Shown here piece by piece: positions 26,481-35,329 of a DNA stretch of 64,000 bases; position 1 is the first letter of the stretch; each line of letters starts with the position of its first letter. This DNA is from Dehalococcoidales bacterium (lineage in GTDB: Bacteria; Chloroflexota; Dehalococcoidia; Dehalococcoidales; Fen-1064). The DNA is taken from the NCBI GenBank assembly GCA_020342155.1, contig CP070842.1, positions 876,034-940,033 on the forward strand, given 5' to 3'. A program made the translations under genes and the position numbers. Under the pieces are notes generated by a model. That model was not told the origin of the DNA, ran no database searches, and saw only the letters and a program-made list of their open reading frames with translations.

Positions 26481-26912
26481 ATGAAAGACGACACAATATC
26501 TGTACAGGAACTAGAGGAGGGAAAAGAACTCCGACTGGATTTTCAGAAGATGCAACAGGTAGTAGCAGAGAATCCGGGTGTAATCCCGGTGGCTGTTCAG
26601 AATGCCAGTACAAAAGAGGTGATACTCATTGCCTACACTAACAAAGAGGCGTTCGAAAAGAGTATCCAGACCCGTATTGCGACATTCTGGAGTACGTCCA
26701 GAAACGAATTATGGATCAAGGGAGAGACATCGGGGAATGTCTTTGAATTAGAGGAAGTGTATGTTAACTGCGAGCAGAACTCACTTGTCTATCTTGTGAA
26801 TCCCAAAAAAGAAGGCATTTGCCATACATATAATTCCAGGGGTGAAGCCCGTAACTGCTTCTATCGTCGACTCAACCTTGCAACGGGTGTTCTAGAAAAC
26901 ACGAATCCTTAG
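26481..26912 (+). CDS. Phosphoribosyl-AMP cyclohydrolase-like protein (divergent HisI paralogue)
   Basis: IPVAVQNASTKEVILIAYTNKEAFEKSIQTRIATFWSTSRNELWIKGETSGN...VNCEQNSLVYLV...GICHT. It is collinear with the canonical HisI at 29728-30045 but has a longer Cys spacing. Confidence 0.6.
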   Translation: MKDDTISVQELEEGKELRLDFQKMQQVVAENPGVIPVAVQNASTKEVILIAYTNKEAFEKSIQTRIATFWSTSRNELWIKGETSGNVFELEEVYVNCEQNSLVYLVNPKKEGICHTYNSRGEARNCFYRRLNLATGVLENTNP

Positions 26913-26982
26913 TATCAAGAATCCTTTGATAGTTCCTTTTCAGTTCGTGTGCAAAGAATATTACTGTGAACTTGGGGAGTTA

Positions 26983-27053
26983 AAGAGGGGCGCAGCCCCT
27001 CTTTCCATATCTTCCCCTTCCCCTCTGGGGAATGGGATACAGGGGATGGGGCC
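26983..27053. repeat. REP-like GC-rich double-hairpin element, copy 1
   Basis: AAGAGGGGC-GCA-GCCCCTCTT is a 9-bp stem with a 3-nt loop. TTCCCC-TCT-GGGGAA and ...GGGATACAGGGGATGGGGCC follow. A reverse-complement copy lies at 54065-54136. Confidence 0.6.
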
Positions 27054-27202
27054 AACGCTACAAAAGCTACAAAATAGGTAGATAAGTGATATTGATTTTG
27101 AGGACATTTGAGTTTTCCCAGAAATAACCTTCATACGCCCAGTTATTCATCCCCATGTTTATTGTATAATAAGCCAACACGAGACTGAAATGTCGATTTG
27201 GA

Positions 27203-27730
27203 GTGTATCAATTGGATATTAATTCTGATTCTGCTGAAGCTTATATCCGAGAGATAATCCCTAATCTTAAGAAAGAAGGTTTTCGAATTAATGATAACGT
27301 TGCCTATAAGAACCAGCATTTCGAATATATTGCTAAGAAAACGAGCCTAGAAATTGACAAGAGTGGATTTGTTACCACCGCTTATCTGTTTTCTATTCTC
27401 CCTTCAATAAGTAGAGAATCATTACAGGAATTCTCAAAGATAGCATTTAAATATACAACAAGAAAAGTCGGCAGATTTATATGGCCGAGGTCGCTTTTTT
27501 ATAGCATAGTGTGTTTTCCTGTTGCTATCGTTAATCACATAGACACTGATGTTGCACACTTCATCCAAAATAATGTACGTAAACATTGGGCAGCTTGTGA
27601 AATGCCTGTAATCTATAGCTTGGAATCTAGAGAGCTATACTACTTCGAATTAACACCATTTTGGGGCAAGTTTTATTGGGAACAGATGAGAACAACTATC
27701 TGCTATATGCTCTTACCAAGAATTCCTTAG
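27203..27730 (+). CDS. Hypothetical protein in an AT-rich patch
   Basis: 175-aa ORF with a GTG start and lower GC than its surroundings. I recognise no family. Confidence 0.4.
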   Translation: MYQLDINSDSAEAYIREIIPNLKKEGFRINDNVAYKNQHFEYIAKKTSLEIDKSGFVTTAYLFSILPSISRESLQEFSKIAFKYTTRKVGRFIWPRSLFYSIVCFPVAIVNHIDTDVAHFIQNNVRKHWAACEMPVIYSLESRELYYFELTPFWGKFYWEQMRTTICYMLLPRIP

Positions 27731-27901
27731 CCTGAAACATAGTATTCAGTCATTACTACATACACTTGGCTGGACGAACATCACATATGTATCCACTTAT
27801 GAGTAAGCATTCTTCCGTGATAATGCGAAGCCTACTAACGAGGCACGCTTGACGCTCCACACTGACAATTGGTACAATGATTAGTTGGTGGAGGTAAGAA
27901 G

Positions 27902-28285
27902 ATTTACGCGATAGTTGAAACCGGAGGCAAGCAGTACCGGGTGACCCAGGGCCAGGTGCTGGACGTTGACCGGATTGATGTGGTCGAGGGTGCTACCGTC
28001 GAGCTGGACCGGGTACTGGTTGTCGGTGAAGGTGATAAGGTATCCGTGGGTACGCCTACTGTCGAGGGGGCAAAGGTTGTTGCTACTTCGAAGGGTGATG
28101 GTAAAGCCCCGAAAATTATCGTCTTCAAGTATAAACCAAAGGTACGCTATCGCCGGAAAACGGGGCACCGACAGGCATATACCAGACTGACTATCGAAGA
28201 GATAGTGGCGCCGGGGATTACACCCGAGAAACCTGCCCGGAAGCGGACCCGCCGCAAGAAAGAGGAAAGCGAAGATGGCGCATAA
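27902..28285 (+). CDS. rplU: 50S ribosomal protein L21, probable ATT start
   Basis: From 27902 the frame reads (I/M)[24 protein letters not shown], the canonical L21 N-terminus. GGAGG lies 7 nt upstream. An in-frame TGA at 27878-27880 leaves no ATG/GTG/TTG before the conserved residues. The track's GTG at 27941 would remove 13 conserved aa. Confidence 0.85.
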   Translation: MYAIVETGGKQYRVTQGQVLDVDRIDVVEGATVELDRVLVVGEGDKVSVGTPTVEGAKVVATSKGDGKAPKIIVFKYKPKVRYRRKTGHRQAYTRLTIEEIVAPGITPEKPARKRTRRKKEESEDGA

Positions 28286-28529
28286 AAAGGGTGGCGGCCG
28301 CACCAAGAACGGTCGTGATAGCCAGGGGAAGAGGCTTGGTGTTAAACGCTACGCCGGGCAGAATGTCCGCGCCGGGACGATACTGGTCCGACAGCGCGGC
28401 ACACGGATTCATCCCGGCAATAATGTGGGCGTTGGCAGAGACTACACCCTTTTCTCTCTTATTGATGGTGTCGTTAAATACGAACCAACCACTAATAACC
28501 GGAGAAAGGTCAGTGTCTACGCAGGCTAG
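28275..28529 (+). CDS. rpmA: 50S ribosomal protein L27
   Basis: [52 protein letters not shown]. Confidence 0.95.
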   Translation: MAHKKGGGRTKNGRDSQGKRLGVKRYAGQNVRAGTILVRQRGTRIHPGNNVGVGRDYTLFSLIDGVVKYEPTTNNRRKVSVYAG

Positions 28530-28555
28530 GGCCTGCAGGGCATGTATAATATCAA

Positions 28556-28762
28556 ATGAAAGAGGATATTCACCCCACCTATTATCCCGATGCAAAGGCG
28601 ACCTGCTCCTGTGGCAATACCTTTACGCTTGGTTCCACCAAGAAGGAGATAAAGGTGGAGCTTTGCAGCAAATGCCATCCGTTTTTTACCGGAGAGCAAA
28701 GGGTGGTTGATACTGCCGGACGTGTTGAGCGCTTTCGGCGACGCTACGGCAGGCAGAGTTAG
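28556..28762 (+). CDS. rpmE: 50S ribosomal protein L31 (zinc-ribbon type)
   Basis: [10 protein letters not shown]...CSCGNTF...[29 protein letters not shown]. Confidence 0.95.
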   Translation: MKEDIHPTYYPDAKATCSCGNTFTLGSTKKEIKVELCSKCHPFFTGEQRVVDTAGRVERFRRRYGRQS

Positions 28763-28782
28763 ATTCATGATAGAATAGCTTG

Positions 28783-28811
28783 GGAGCGGCTATGCTAAGC
28801 CGCTCCTTTTT
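28783..28811 (+). terminator. Intrinsic terminator after rpmE
   Basis: GGAGCGGC-tatgctaa-GCCGCTCC followed by TTTTT. Confidence 0.65.
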
Positions 28812-28837
28812 GTTTGCTGGGAAATAGTGAGTTGGTA

Positions 28838-29731
28838 ATGGCAGAGTTTTACTACGGTGGGCAGGCGGTCATCGAGGGAGTGATGATGAGGGGCCGTAAG
28901 CATACGGCCACCGTGGTGCGTCGTCCCAATGGTGAACTGATAGAGGACACGCAGCCAGTGCCTTCACTTTACACTGGCCGACTACGCTCCGTACCTCTGT
29001 TGCGGGGCATTATTGTCCTGATTGAGACGCTCGTGCTTGGTGTTAAGACACTTATGTACTCGGCCAATGTTTCTCTGGAAGAAGAGGGAGAGAAAGCCGA
29101 GGGCTGGTGGATTTGGGTGACACTGGCTCTGGCTCTGGTGGCGGCTGTTGCCATTTTCTTTTTAGCTCCTTTTTTTATCACCGACCAGATTAAGATAGGG
29201 TCAACGGTGCTGTTCCACGTGATTGAGGGCGTTATCCGTCTGGGTATGTTTATTGCTTATCTTAAATTGATTTCTCTGATGCCTGATATCAAGCGAGTCT
29301 TCGCCTATCACGGCGCCGAGCACAAGACGGTAAATGCATACGAAGCCGGCGTACCACTGGAAGTAGAGGCGGTGAAGGAGTATAGCAAAGCTCATGTCCG
29401 TTGCGGCAGCAGCTTTATATTCATGGTGCTGGTGTTGGCCATAATTGTCTTTTCCCTGGTGGGGATGGCTGAACCGGCACGGTGGGTGGAATTGCTATCA
29501 CGAATCGTTCTCGTGCCATTGATAGCAGCACTCGGCTATGAAATAATCTATTTTGGCACCAGGCACGCCAGAAATCCTCTCATAAGGGCGGTTCTGGCAC
29601 CAGGGCTGTGGCTGCAGTCAATGACGACCCGTGAGCCTGATGACGACCAGATTGAAGTAGCCATAATGGCGTTGAACAGGGTAATGGAGGCGGAGCAGGC
29701 GGAGGAAACACCCGCTGAAGCTGCTAGCTAG
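28838..29731 (+). CDS. DUF1385-family membrane protein (YqhQ-like)
   Basis: The N-terminus MAEFYYGGQAVIEGVMMRG plus YHGAEHKTVNAYE are hallmark motifs. Several TM helices are present. Confidence 0.8.
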   Translation: MAEFYYGGQAVIEGVMMRGRKHTATVVRRPNGELIEDTQPVPSLYTGRLRSVPLLRGIIVLIETLVLGVKTLMYSANVSLEEEGEKAEGWWIWVTLALALVAAVAIFFLAPFFITDQIKIGSTVLFHVIEGVIRLGMFIAYLKLISLMPDIKRVFAYHGAEHKTVNAYEAGVPLEVEAVKEYSKAHVRCGSSFIFMVLVLAIIVFSLVGMAEPARWVELLSRIVLVPLIAALGYEIIYFGTRHARNPLIRAVLAPGLWLQSMTTREPDDDQIEVAIMALNRVMEAEQAEETPAEAAS

Positions 29732-30045
29732 GAACCATCCTGCCGGGGGAACTCCGTAAAGAAACAGGTCTGGTTGCCGGTGTGGCATGTAGGACCCATG
29801 GGGCGTGCCTTTACAAGGAGGCTGTTGTCCTCGCAGTTCTTCCAGACAGACTGCACCTTGAGGTAGTTGCCTGAAGTGGCTCCCTTGTGCCACATCTCCT
29901 CACGGCTGCGACTGTAGAACCAGACGTCTTCGCCGGAGAGTGTCTTGTTCAACGCTTCCTCGTTCATATAACCCAGCATGAGTACCTCGCCGGTGTCGGC
30001 GTTCTGGATTACGGCGGGAACAAGCCCCTTCTCATCGAATTCGAT
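29728..30045 (-). CDS. hisI: Phosphoribosyl-AMP cyclohydrolase, probable non-canonical (ATC or ATA) start
   Basis: The track ORF starts at MLGYMNEEAL. The frame stays open 24 codons further upstream: IDIEFDEKGLVPAVIQNADTGEVL, the conserved HisI N-terminus. It is bounded by TAG at 30054-30052. Only ATA (30051) and ATC (30045) are available as starts, and GGTGAGG lies just upstream. C-terminal motif is GPTCHTGNQTCFF. Confidence 0.8.
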   Translation of the reverse strand: MEFDEKGLVPAVIQNADTGEVLMLGYMNEEALNKTLSGEDVWFYSRSREEMWHKGATSGNYLKVQSVWKNCEDNSLLVKARPMGPTCHTGNQTCFFTEFPRQDGS

Positions 30046-30099
30046 GTCTATCTACCTCACCCCCTCAGTTACCTTAAGTAACAGAAACTCTGAAGCGTA

Positions 30100-30660
30100 T
30101 TATACTGCTTCTTCTCTCGTGATTGCCAAGTCATAGCTAAATCTGGCTTTTCTTCCTGGTGACTCCTCAGTTTTGGCGATGACCCTGTACCCTGCATTCT
30201 GGAAAGCTTTCAAACTGCGTGGATTATGGTCGCCAATGCTAACACCGCAGATGACATCGGCCTTCTCTTGCTCAAAACCGAATCTGGTCAGAGTGCGAAT
30301 TACATCGGTACCAAGTCCCTGTCCCCAGAATCCTTTCTCACCTATTATTAAGTCAATACGGCGGCAATCCATCCCTGGATATTGCTCCAGGATCCGTTCC
30401 AGATTCATTTCTTGAAGCCAGCAATCACCAATGACGTTGCCATCAAACTCAATAATGAAACAGAAGGCCTTTTGCGATACTCCCCGATAGATTTGCTGGA
30501 CCTGTTCCAGGTCATAAGCAACGACGTCATCGCCTTCAGAGAAGTAGAGTACCGCGGGGTCGCTGTTCCACTTCAGCAGGATATCCCAATCGTCCTCGTT
30601 CATCGGACGCAAGACGACTCTGTCTCCTTGGAGTGTCCATGTGTGCTCTCTGAGTTGCAT
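30100..30660 (-). CDS. GNAT acetyltransferase (RimJ/RimL or AAC(6')-like)
   Basis: LRPMNEDDWDILLKWNSDP and the motif A region WGQGLGTDVIRTL. Confidence 0.75.
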   Translation of the reverse strand: MQLREHTWTLQGDRVVLRPMNEDDWDILLKWNSDPAVLYFSEGDDVVAYDLEQVQQIYRGVSQKAFCFIIEFDGNVIGDCWLQEMNLERILEQYPGMDCRRIDLIIGEKGFWGQGLGTDVIRTLTRFGFEQEKADVICGVSIGDHNPRSLKAFQNAGYRVIAKTEESPGRKARFSYDLAITREEAV

Positions 30661-30703
30661 TGACGAAAAATCCCTGGAGTGTATGTACTATGCAGATGGC
30701 GAT

Positions 30704-31417
30704 TCAACCAACCGTCTCAATGGCTTCTTTGAGGTTGATGTCCTCGGAGTAAAGTGCCCGGCCGAGTATTGCTCCCTCAACGCCGAGTTGCTTCAGCATC
30801 TTGAGGTGGAGTATCGAGGAAATGCCGCCAGCGGCGATGACTGGTAGGCCGGTAACATTAACCAGTTCGGTGATGGCGGTGAAGTTCGGTTCGGTGAGGG
30901 TGCCGTCGCGGATGATGTCGGTGTATATCAGGCGTTGTACACCCAGTTGAGCCATTGACCGGCCAAAGTCTACGGCTCTGATTCCCGTGTCCTGCTGCCA
31001 ACCGTGTGTGGCCACCAGCCCTTCGCGGGCGTCGATACTTATAACTACATAGTCTCCGTATTTGCGGCAGGCCTGTTTGAGCATGTCCGGGTCTTCAATC
31101 GCAGCCGTGGTCAGGATTACGCGCTCAATTCCGGCGGTGAGTACCTCTTTGATTGTCTCCAGCGTGCGGATACCCCCGCCCATCTGGGTGGGCAGCAGGG
31201 TAGCCGCGGCTATCTGCCGGGCAATCTCAAGGTTCTGTGGTTCACTACCGGCAGCACCGTCAAGGTCGATAATGTGGAGTCGGGGTGCACTCTGAGACTG
31301 CCACTTGAGAGCTACCTGCAGCGGGTCGTCAGAGAACCTCATTTCACGGCTATAGTCACCCTGATAAAGGCGAACACAGCGGCCACCCCGGAGATCAATC
31401 GCTGGGATTATCTCCAT
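30704..31417 (-). CDS. hisA: ProFAR isomerase HisA
   Basis: MEIIPAIDLRGGRCVRLYQGDY..., LHIIDLDGA, GGGIRT, IAAGGISS. Confidence 0.9.
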   Translation of the reverse strand: MEIIPAIDLRGGRCVRLYQGDYSREMRFSDDPLQVALKWQSQSAPRLHIIDLDGAAGSEPQNLEIARQIAAATLLPTQMGGGIRTLETIKEVLTAGIERVILTTAAIEDPDMLKQACRKYGDYVVISIDAREGLVATHGWQQDTGIRAVDFGRSMAQLGVQRLIYTDIIRDGTLTEPNFTAITELVNVTGLPVIAAGGISSILHLKMLKQLGVEGAILGRALYSEDINLKEAIETVG

Positions 31418-31428
31418 TCTCTCCTACC

Positions 31429-33000
31429 TCACAGATTAATGTTGGCGAACTTCTTCCACGTCTTGGCGTTGTGGGCTTTATTGTCTTTATTTTTATCTTT
31501 AAGAATGTCCAGTGAACGATTTATCACCTTCCTGGTGTCACTGGGCATTATAATGTCATCGATATAGCCCCGCTCGGCGCCATGATAGGGGTTCTCATAG
31601 AGGTCGCTGAACTCCTGTACACGACGTTCGCGGGTCTCGTCCGGATTGTCCGACTCCCTTATCTCCCGTGCGAAGATAACGCTGGCGGCAGTGTCGGCGC
31701 CAACGATGGTGACGCGGGCGGTTGGCCAGGCAAACACGAAATCGGCACCGATGCTTTTGTCCAACATACCATAGTGCGCCCCGGCGTATGACTTCCTGAC
31801 CATGATTGAGATAAGGGGTATGGTCGCTTCGGCCCAGGCGAAGAGCAGCTTTGAGCCGTGGCGCAGGATACCCTTCCAGTCCTGCTCAGAGCCAATCATG
31901 TAACCGGGGCAGTCTCCCAGTGTAATCATCGGGATATTAAAGAGGTCGCAGAACCGGATGAACCGGGCGGCTTTATCGGCGGCATCGATGTTAATCACCC
32001 CGGCAGCGTGCATCGGCTGGTTAGCAAAGATGCCCACCGGGCACCCGTTGAAGCGGGCAAAGCCGGTTATTACGCTCCGGGCATGGAGAGCGTGCGATTC
32101 GCAGAATTGGCCGTCATCAACAATTGCCCTGATGACCTTCATCATGTCATAGGGGCGGGTTGGCTGGTCAGGGATGATGGTGTTCAACTCGGGTATCTCC
32201 CGTTCAGGGTCGTCGTCGGTCTCAAGTCGTGGCGGCGTCTCCCGGTTATTGGACGGGAAGAAGGACAACAGTTCTTTGGCCTTATCAATGGCGTCTTTGT
32301 CATCGTCGACCACGAAGTGCGTACAGCCCGATTTCACTGCGTGTGCCTTGTAGCCGGAGAGCTCTTCGAGCGTGATTTTCTCACCGAGCTGGGTCTCGAC
32401 GAAAGCAGAACCGGCAATACCCATGAAACCGGTATCCTTGCACTGGATAAGGAAGTCCTGCATCACGGGGTGATAAGCCTGCCCGCCGAGGCAGGGGCCC
32501 ATGAGCAGGGCGATTTGCGGCACCACTCCTGAAGCCAGGATTTGTGACCTGAAGGTCCAGCCGTAGCCTTCCAGCGTATCTATCCCTTCCTGGAGTCGGG
32601 CGCCTCCGGAGTCGTTCATGCCGATGAATGGCCAGCCTTTTTCCCGGGCGAGATTGAGGGTATTTGAGAGCTTCCGGCCATGCTGCTCGCCGAAGGTCCC
32701 GGCCATGGATGTGTAGTCCTCGGCCATGGCGACCACATAACGACCGTTTACCTTGCCGAAACCGGTAATAATGCCGTCAGCCGGGATTTCCCGCTTGTCC
32801 AGCCCGAAAGCAGTCGTGCGGTGCTTGGCGAATAGACCAATTTCGGTGAAAGTACCGAGGTCAAAGAGGTAGTCGATTCTTTCCCGCGCGGAAAGTTGCC
32901 CGCCCTCGTGTCGTCTCTCAATGGCAGCGACGCCACCCATCTCCATTATCTTTTGTCGTTTCTGTTTATACTGTTCAATCAGGTCTTCTGTCGATGACAT
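31429..33000 (-). CDS. Acyl-CoA carboxyltransferase (propionyl-CoA carboxylase beta / methylmalonyl-CoA carboxyltransferase family), paralogue 2
   Basis: GGQLSARERIDYLFD, GKVNGRYVVAMAEDYTSMAGT, ALLMGPCLGG, PMITLGDCPGYMIG, IMVRKSYG. The start is the ATG at 33000 (MSSTEDLIEQ) after AGGGGGG. Confidence 0.85.
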   Translation of the reverse strand: MSSTEDLIEQYKQKRQKIMEMGGVAAIERRHEGGQLSARERIDYLFDLGTFTEIGLFAKHRTTAFGLDKREIPADGIITGFGKVNGRYVVAMAEDYTSMAGTFGEQHGRKLSNTLNLAREKGWPFIGMNDSGGARLQEGIDTLEGYGWTFRSQILASGVVPQIALLMGPCLGGQAYHPVMQDFLIQCKDTGFMGIAGSAFVETQLGEKITLEELSGYKAHAVKSGCTHFVVDDDKDAIDKAKELLSFFPSNNRETPPRLETDDDPEREIPELNTIIPDQPTRPYDMMKVIRAIVDDGQFCESHALHARSVITGFARFNGCPVGIFANQPMHAAGVINIDAADKAARFIRFCDLFNIPMITLGDCPGYMIGSEQDWKGILRHGSKLLFAWAEATIPLISIMVRKSYAGAHYGMLDKSIGADFVFAWPTARVTIVGADTAASVIFAREIRESDNPDETRERRVQEFSDLYENPYHGAERGYIDDIIMPSDTRKVINRSLDILKDKNKDNKAHNAKTWKKFANINL

Positions 33001-33035
33001 TCTAGACCCCCCTTTTTTCCCCATTGGGTTCTCTA

Positions 33036-34016
33036 TCAAAGCTGGACAAGCCCCATATTCTGCTTGACTTCACCGAGGGTTTCCCGGGCAATAACCCGGG
33101 CACGTTGAGCGCCGTCAGCGAGTACTTCGGCTATGTGCTGTGGCTTAGCGGCCAGTTCAGCCCTCTTCTCACGCAGGCCTTGAAGACTGGCGTTGAGGTG
33201 TTCGGCCAGCAATTTTTTACAGTCGACGCACCCGATATCGGCGGAACGGCACTGCTGGGAAATATCGGCCAGTTGTGCTTCACTGAAGTAGCCGTGGAGG
33301 GAGTAGATGTTGCATACTTCTGGGTGACCGGGGTCATTCCTGTAGCGGCGGGCGGGGTCGGTGACCGCCGTCATGATACGCTCCTCTGTTTCCTCGGGGG
33401 TGGCTGCCAGTTCGATAGCATTGCCGGTCGATTTCCCCATCTTGTCACTTCCGTCCAGACCAACAATCCGTGGGAAGGAGGTGAGCTTGGCGACTGGCTC
33501 GATAAGGGTCTCACCAAACTGGTTATTGAAACGGCGGACAATCTCCCGGGCAAGTTCAAGATGCGGTAGCTGGTCTTCACCAATCGGCACTACCTCACCC
33601 TTGTAAAGGGTAATATCGGCTGTCTGCAGGACAGGGTAGCCGACTAGCCCATAGTTAACGTTCTCCGGTTGCTGTTTCACTTTTTCTTTGAAGGTGGGAA
33701 CACGCATCAGCCAGCTTATTGGGGTTACCATGCTGAGCAGGGTGTGCAGCTCCATCACTTCAGGTACGTGGGACTGGATAAAGATAATGCTTCTCTCCGG
33801 ATCCATGCCCGCTGCCAGCCAGTCGATCACTATCTCCCGGATGTATTCCTGGAGCTGGCTGGTATCCTCCATTGAGGTCAGGGCATGAATATCGACAACG
33901 CAGTAGATGCAGTCGTATTCGTCCTGTAGGGCAACGTAGTTCTGTATTGCCCCAAGATAGTTACCGATGTGTTGCTTAGCGGTGGGCCGGGCTCCCGAAA
34001 AGACACGCTTTTTCAT
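33036..34016 (-). CDS. trpS: Tryptophanyl-tRNA synthetase
   Basis: RVFSGARPTAKQHIGNYLGA carries the HIGH-type motif, and KMGKS is the KMSKS-type motif. The start is set at MKKRVF (34016). Confidence 0.9.
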   Translation of the reverse strand: MKKRVFSGARPTAKQHIGNYLGAIQNYVALQDEYDCIYCVVDIHALTSMEDTSQLQEYIREIVIDWLAAGMDPERSIIFIQSHVPEVMELHTLLSMVTPISWLMRVPTFKEKVKQQPENVNYGLVGYPVLQTADITLYKGEVVPIGEDQLPHLELAREIVRRFNNQFGETLIEPVAKLTSFPRIVGLDGSDKMGKSTGNAIELAATPEETEERIMTAVTDPARRYRNDPGHPEVCNIYSLHGYFSEAQLADISQQCRSADIGCVDCKKLLAEHLNASLQGLREKRAELAAKPQHIAEVLADGAQRARVIARETLGEVKQNMGLVQL

Positions 34017-34174
34017 CTGAATACCTCGTGAAAAGTGTAGCACAAAGCAGCAGCCCTCTCAAGAAGATGTACCGGAGATTGCTTCTTCGCAAGGCTCCTC
34101 GTAATGACAGGGCAGCATGGTTAGTTTGACTGGTAAAGGCGCCAGCAGCTAGTATAGGCGGTCGGAGGAGAAAT

Positions 34175-34681
34175 ATGATAAGAAGTTTTGGGGATAAGAC
34201 GCCGGTCATTGCAGAGTCGGCCTTTGTAAGTGAAGCCGCCTACGTTATCGGCGATGTCGAGATTGGTGAGGGTTCCGGGATTTTCCCCGGGGCAGTAATA
34301 CGGGGCGACTTTGCTAGCATCAAGATTGGCCGTAACACTATGGTGGAGGACAACTCGGTGATACACTCCGGGGGACCGGTGGAAATTGGTGATAACGTGA
34401 CCATTGGTCACAGCGTGGTGGTGCACTGCTCTAAGATTGGCAATAACTGCCTCATTGGAAACAACTCAACAGTACTGGACAATGCTGTGGTTGGTAGCTT
34501 CTGTATAGTGGGGGCGGGGTGTGTGGTGAGTCAGGGGATGGAGATACCCGACAATTCTTTCGTGGTGGGGGTGCCGGCCAAGATAAAGGGACAGGTGCCG
34601 ACAGAACGATGGCAGAGAAGGCGGAGTGGACGTGGTGGTTATTCAGAGCTGCTTAAGCGCTACAAGGAGCAAGGGTTGTAG
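34175..34681 (+). CDS. Gamma-carbonic-anhydrase-like left-handed beta-helix protein (YrdA/PaaY family)
   Basis: PVIAESAFVSEAAYVIGDVEIGEGSGIFPGAVIRGD...IKIGRNTMVEDNSVIH. Confidence 0.8.
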   Translation: MIRSFGDKTPVIAESAFVSEAAYVIGDVEIGEGSGIFPGAVIRGDFASIKIGRNTMVEDNSVIHSGGPVEIGDNVTIGHSVVVHCSKIGNNCLIGNNSTVLDNAVVGSFCIVGAGCVVSQGMEIPDNSFVVGVPAKIKGQVPTERWQRRRSGRGGYSELLKRYKEQGL

Positions 34682-34797
34682 TAGTAGGGTTGTTATCAAG
34701 CATTTCATTTGAGTTGCATTGACAAGTCGTCAGTAGAGCAATACAATTCCGCTAATTGGTACGACAGTATAGAAGGTAATGGCCTGCGAGTAGAATA

Positions 34798-35241
34798 ATG
34801 CCTGCGCCAGTGACACCAAATGTCGGAGCGGATACGATCGTAGTGAACGACAGAAAAGAAGTCTGTCTTGTGCGGCGGTCTGACAATGGACTATGGGCAC
34901 TTCCAGGCGGGGCGCAGGATCTTGGCGAAACCCCGGAAGAATGCGCCCGCCGCGAGTTCGAAGAAGAAACGGGGCTTCAGGTTCGTATTACCAGGTTACT
35001 CGGCGTATTCAGTTCACTTCGATATGATGCCATAACGAACGTAAATCGTGGTCGAGAGGTAACTCATATCCTTTTCGCTGGTGAAATTGTCGGCGGGAAA
35101 CAAAAAACATCAGTTGAGACACTGGAAATCGGCTGGTTTGGTCAGGAACACCTGCCAGCTTTGTCAGACGGTCATGCGTTAAGAGTCGACTTTGGATTCC
35201 GAGCACTGGAAAATCCCCGCAAGGATGTTTATTTTGAATAA
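34798..35241 (+). CDS. NUDIX hydrolase
   Basis: Nudix box GGAQDLGETPEECARREFEEETGL. Confidence 0.8.
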   Translation: MPAPVTPNVGADTIVVNDRKEVCLVRRSDNGLWALPGGAQDLGETPEECARREFEEETGLQVRITRLLGVFSSLRYDAITNVNRGREVTHILFAGEIVGGKQKTSVETLEIGWFGQEHLPALSDGHALRVDFGFRALENPRKDVYFE

Positions 35242-35329
35242 CACAGAATCACAAAGCAATCGTATGCTGCGGACAGAACCAAGGATGCATAACGTTATCT
35301 TATCCAACTAAGTAGGCAGGAGGGATTCG

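Noticed and set aside
34017-34174. Possible T-box riboswitch upstream of trpS
   Set aside because: The leader is only ~150 nt and is shared with a divergent gene. I could find no T-box consensus (AATTAGGGTGGTACCGCG-like) and no specifier/terminator architecture. It contains a copy of the CGTAATGACAGG repeat instead.
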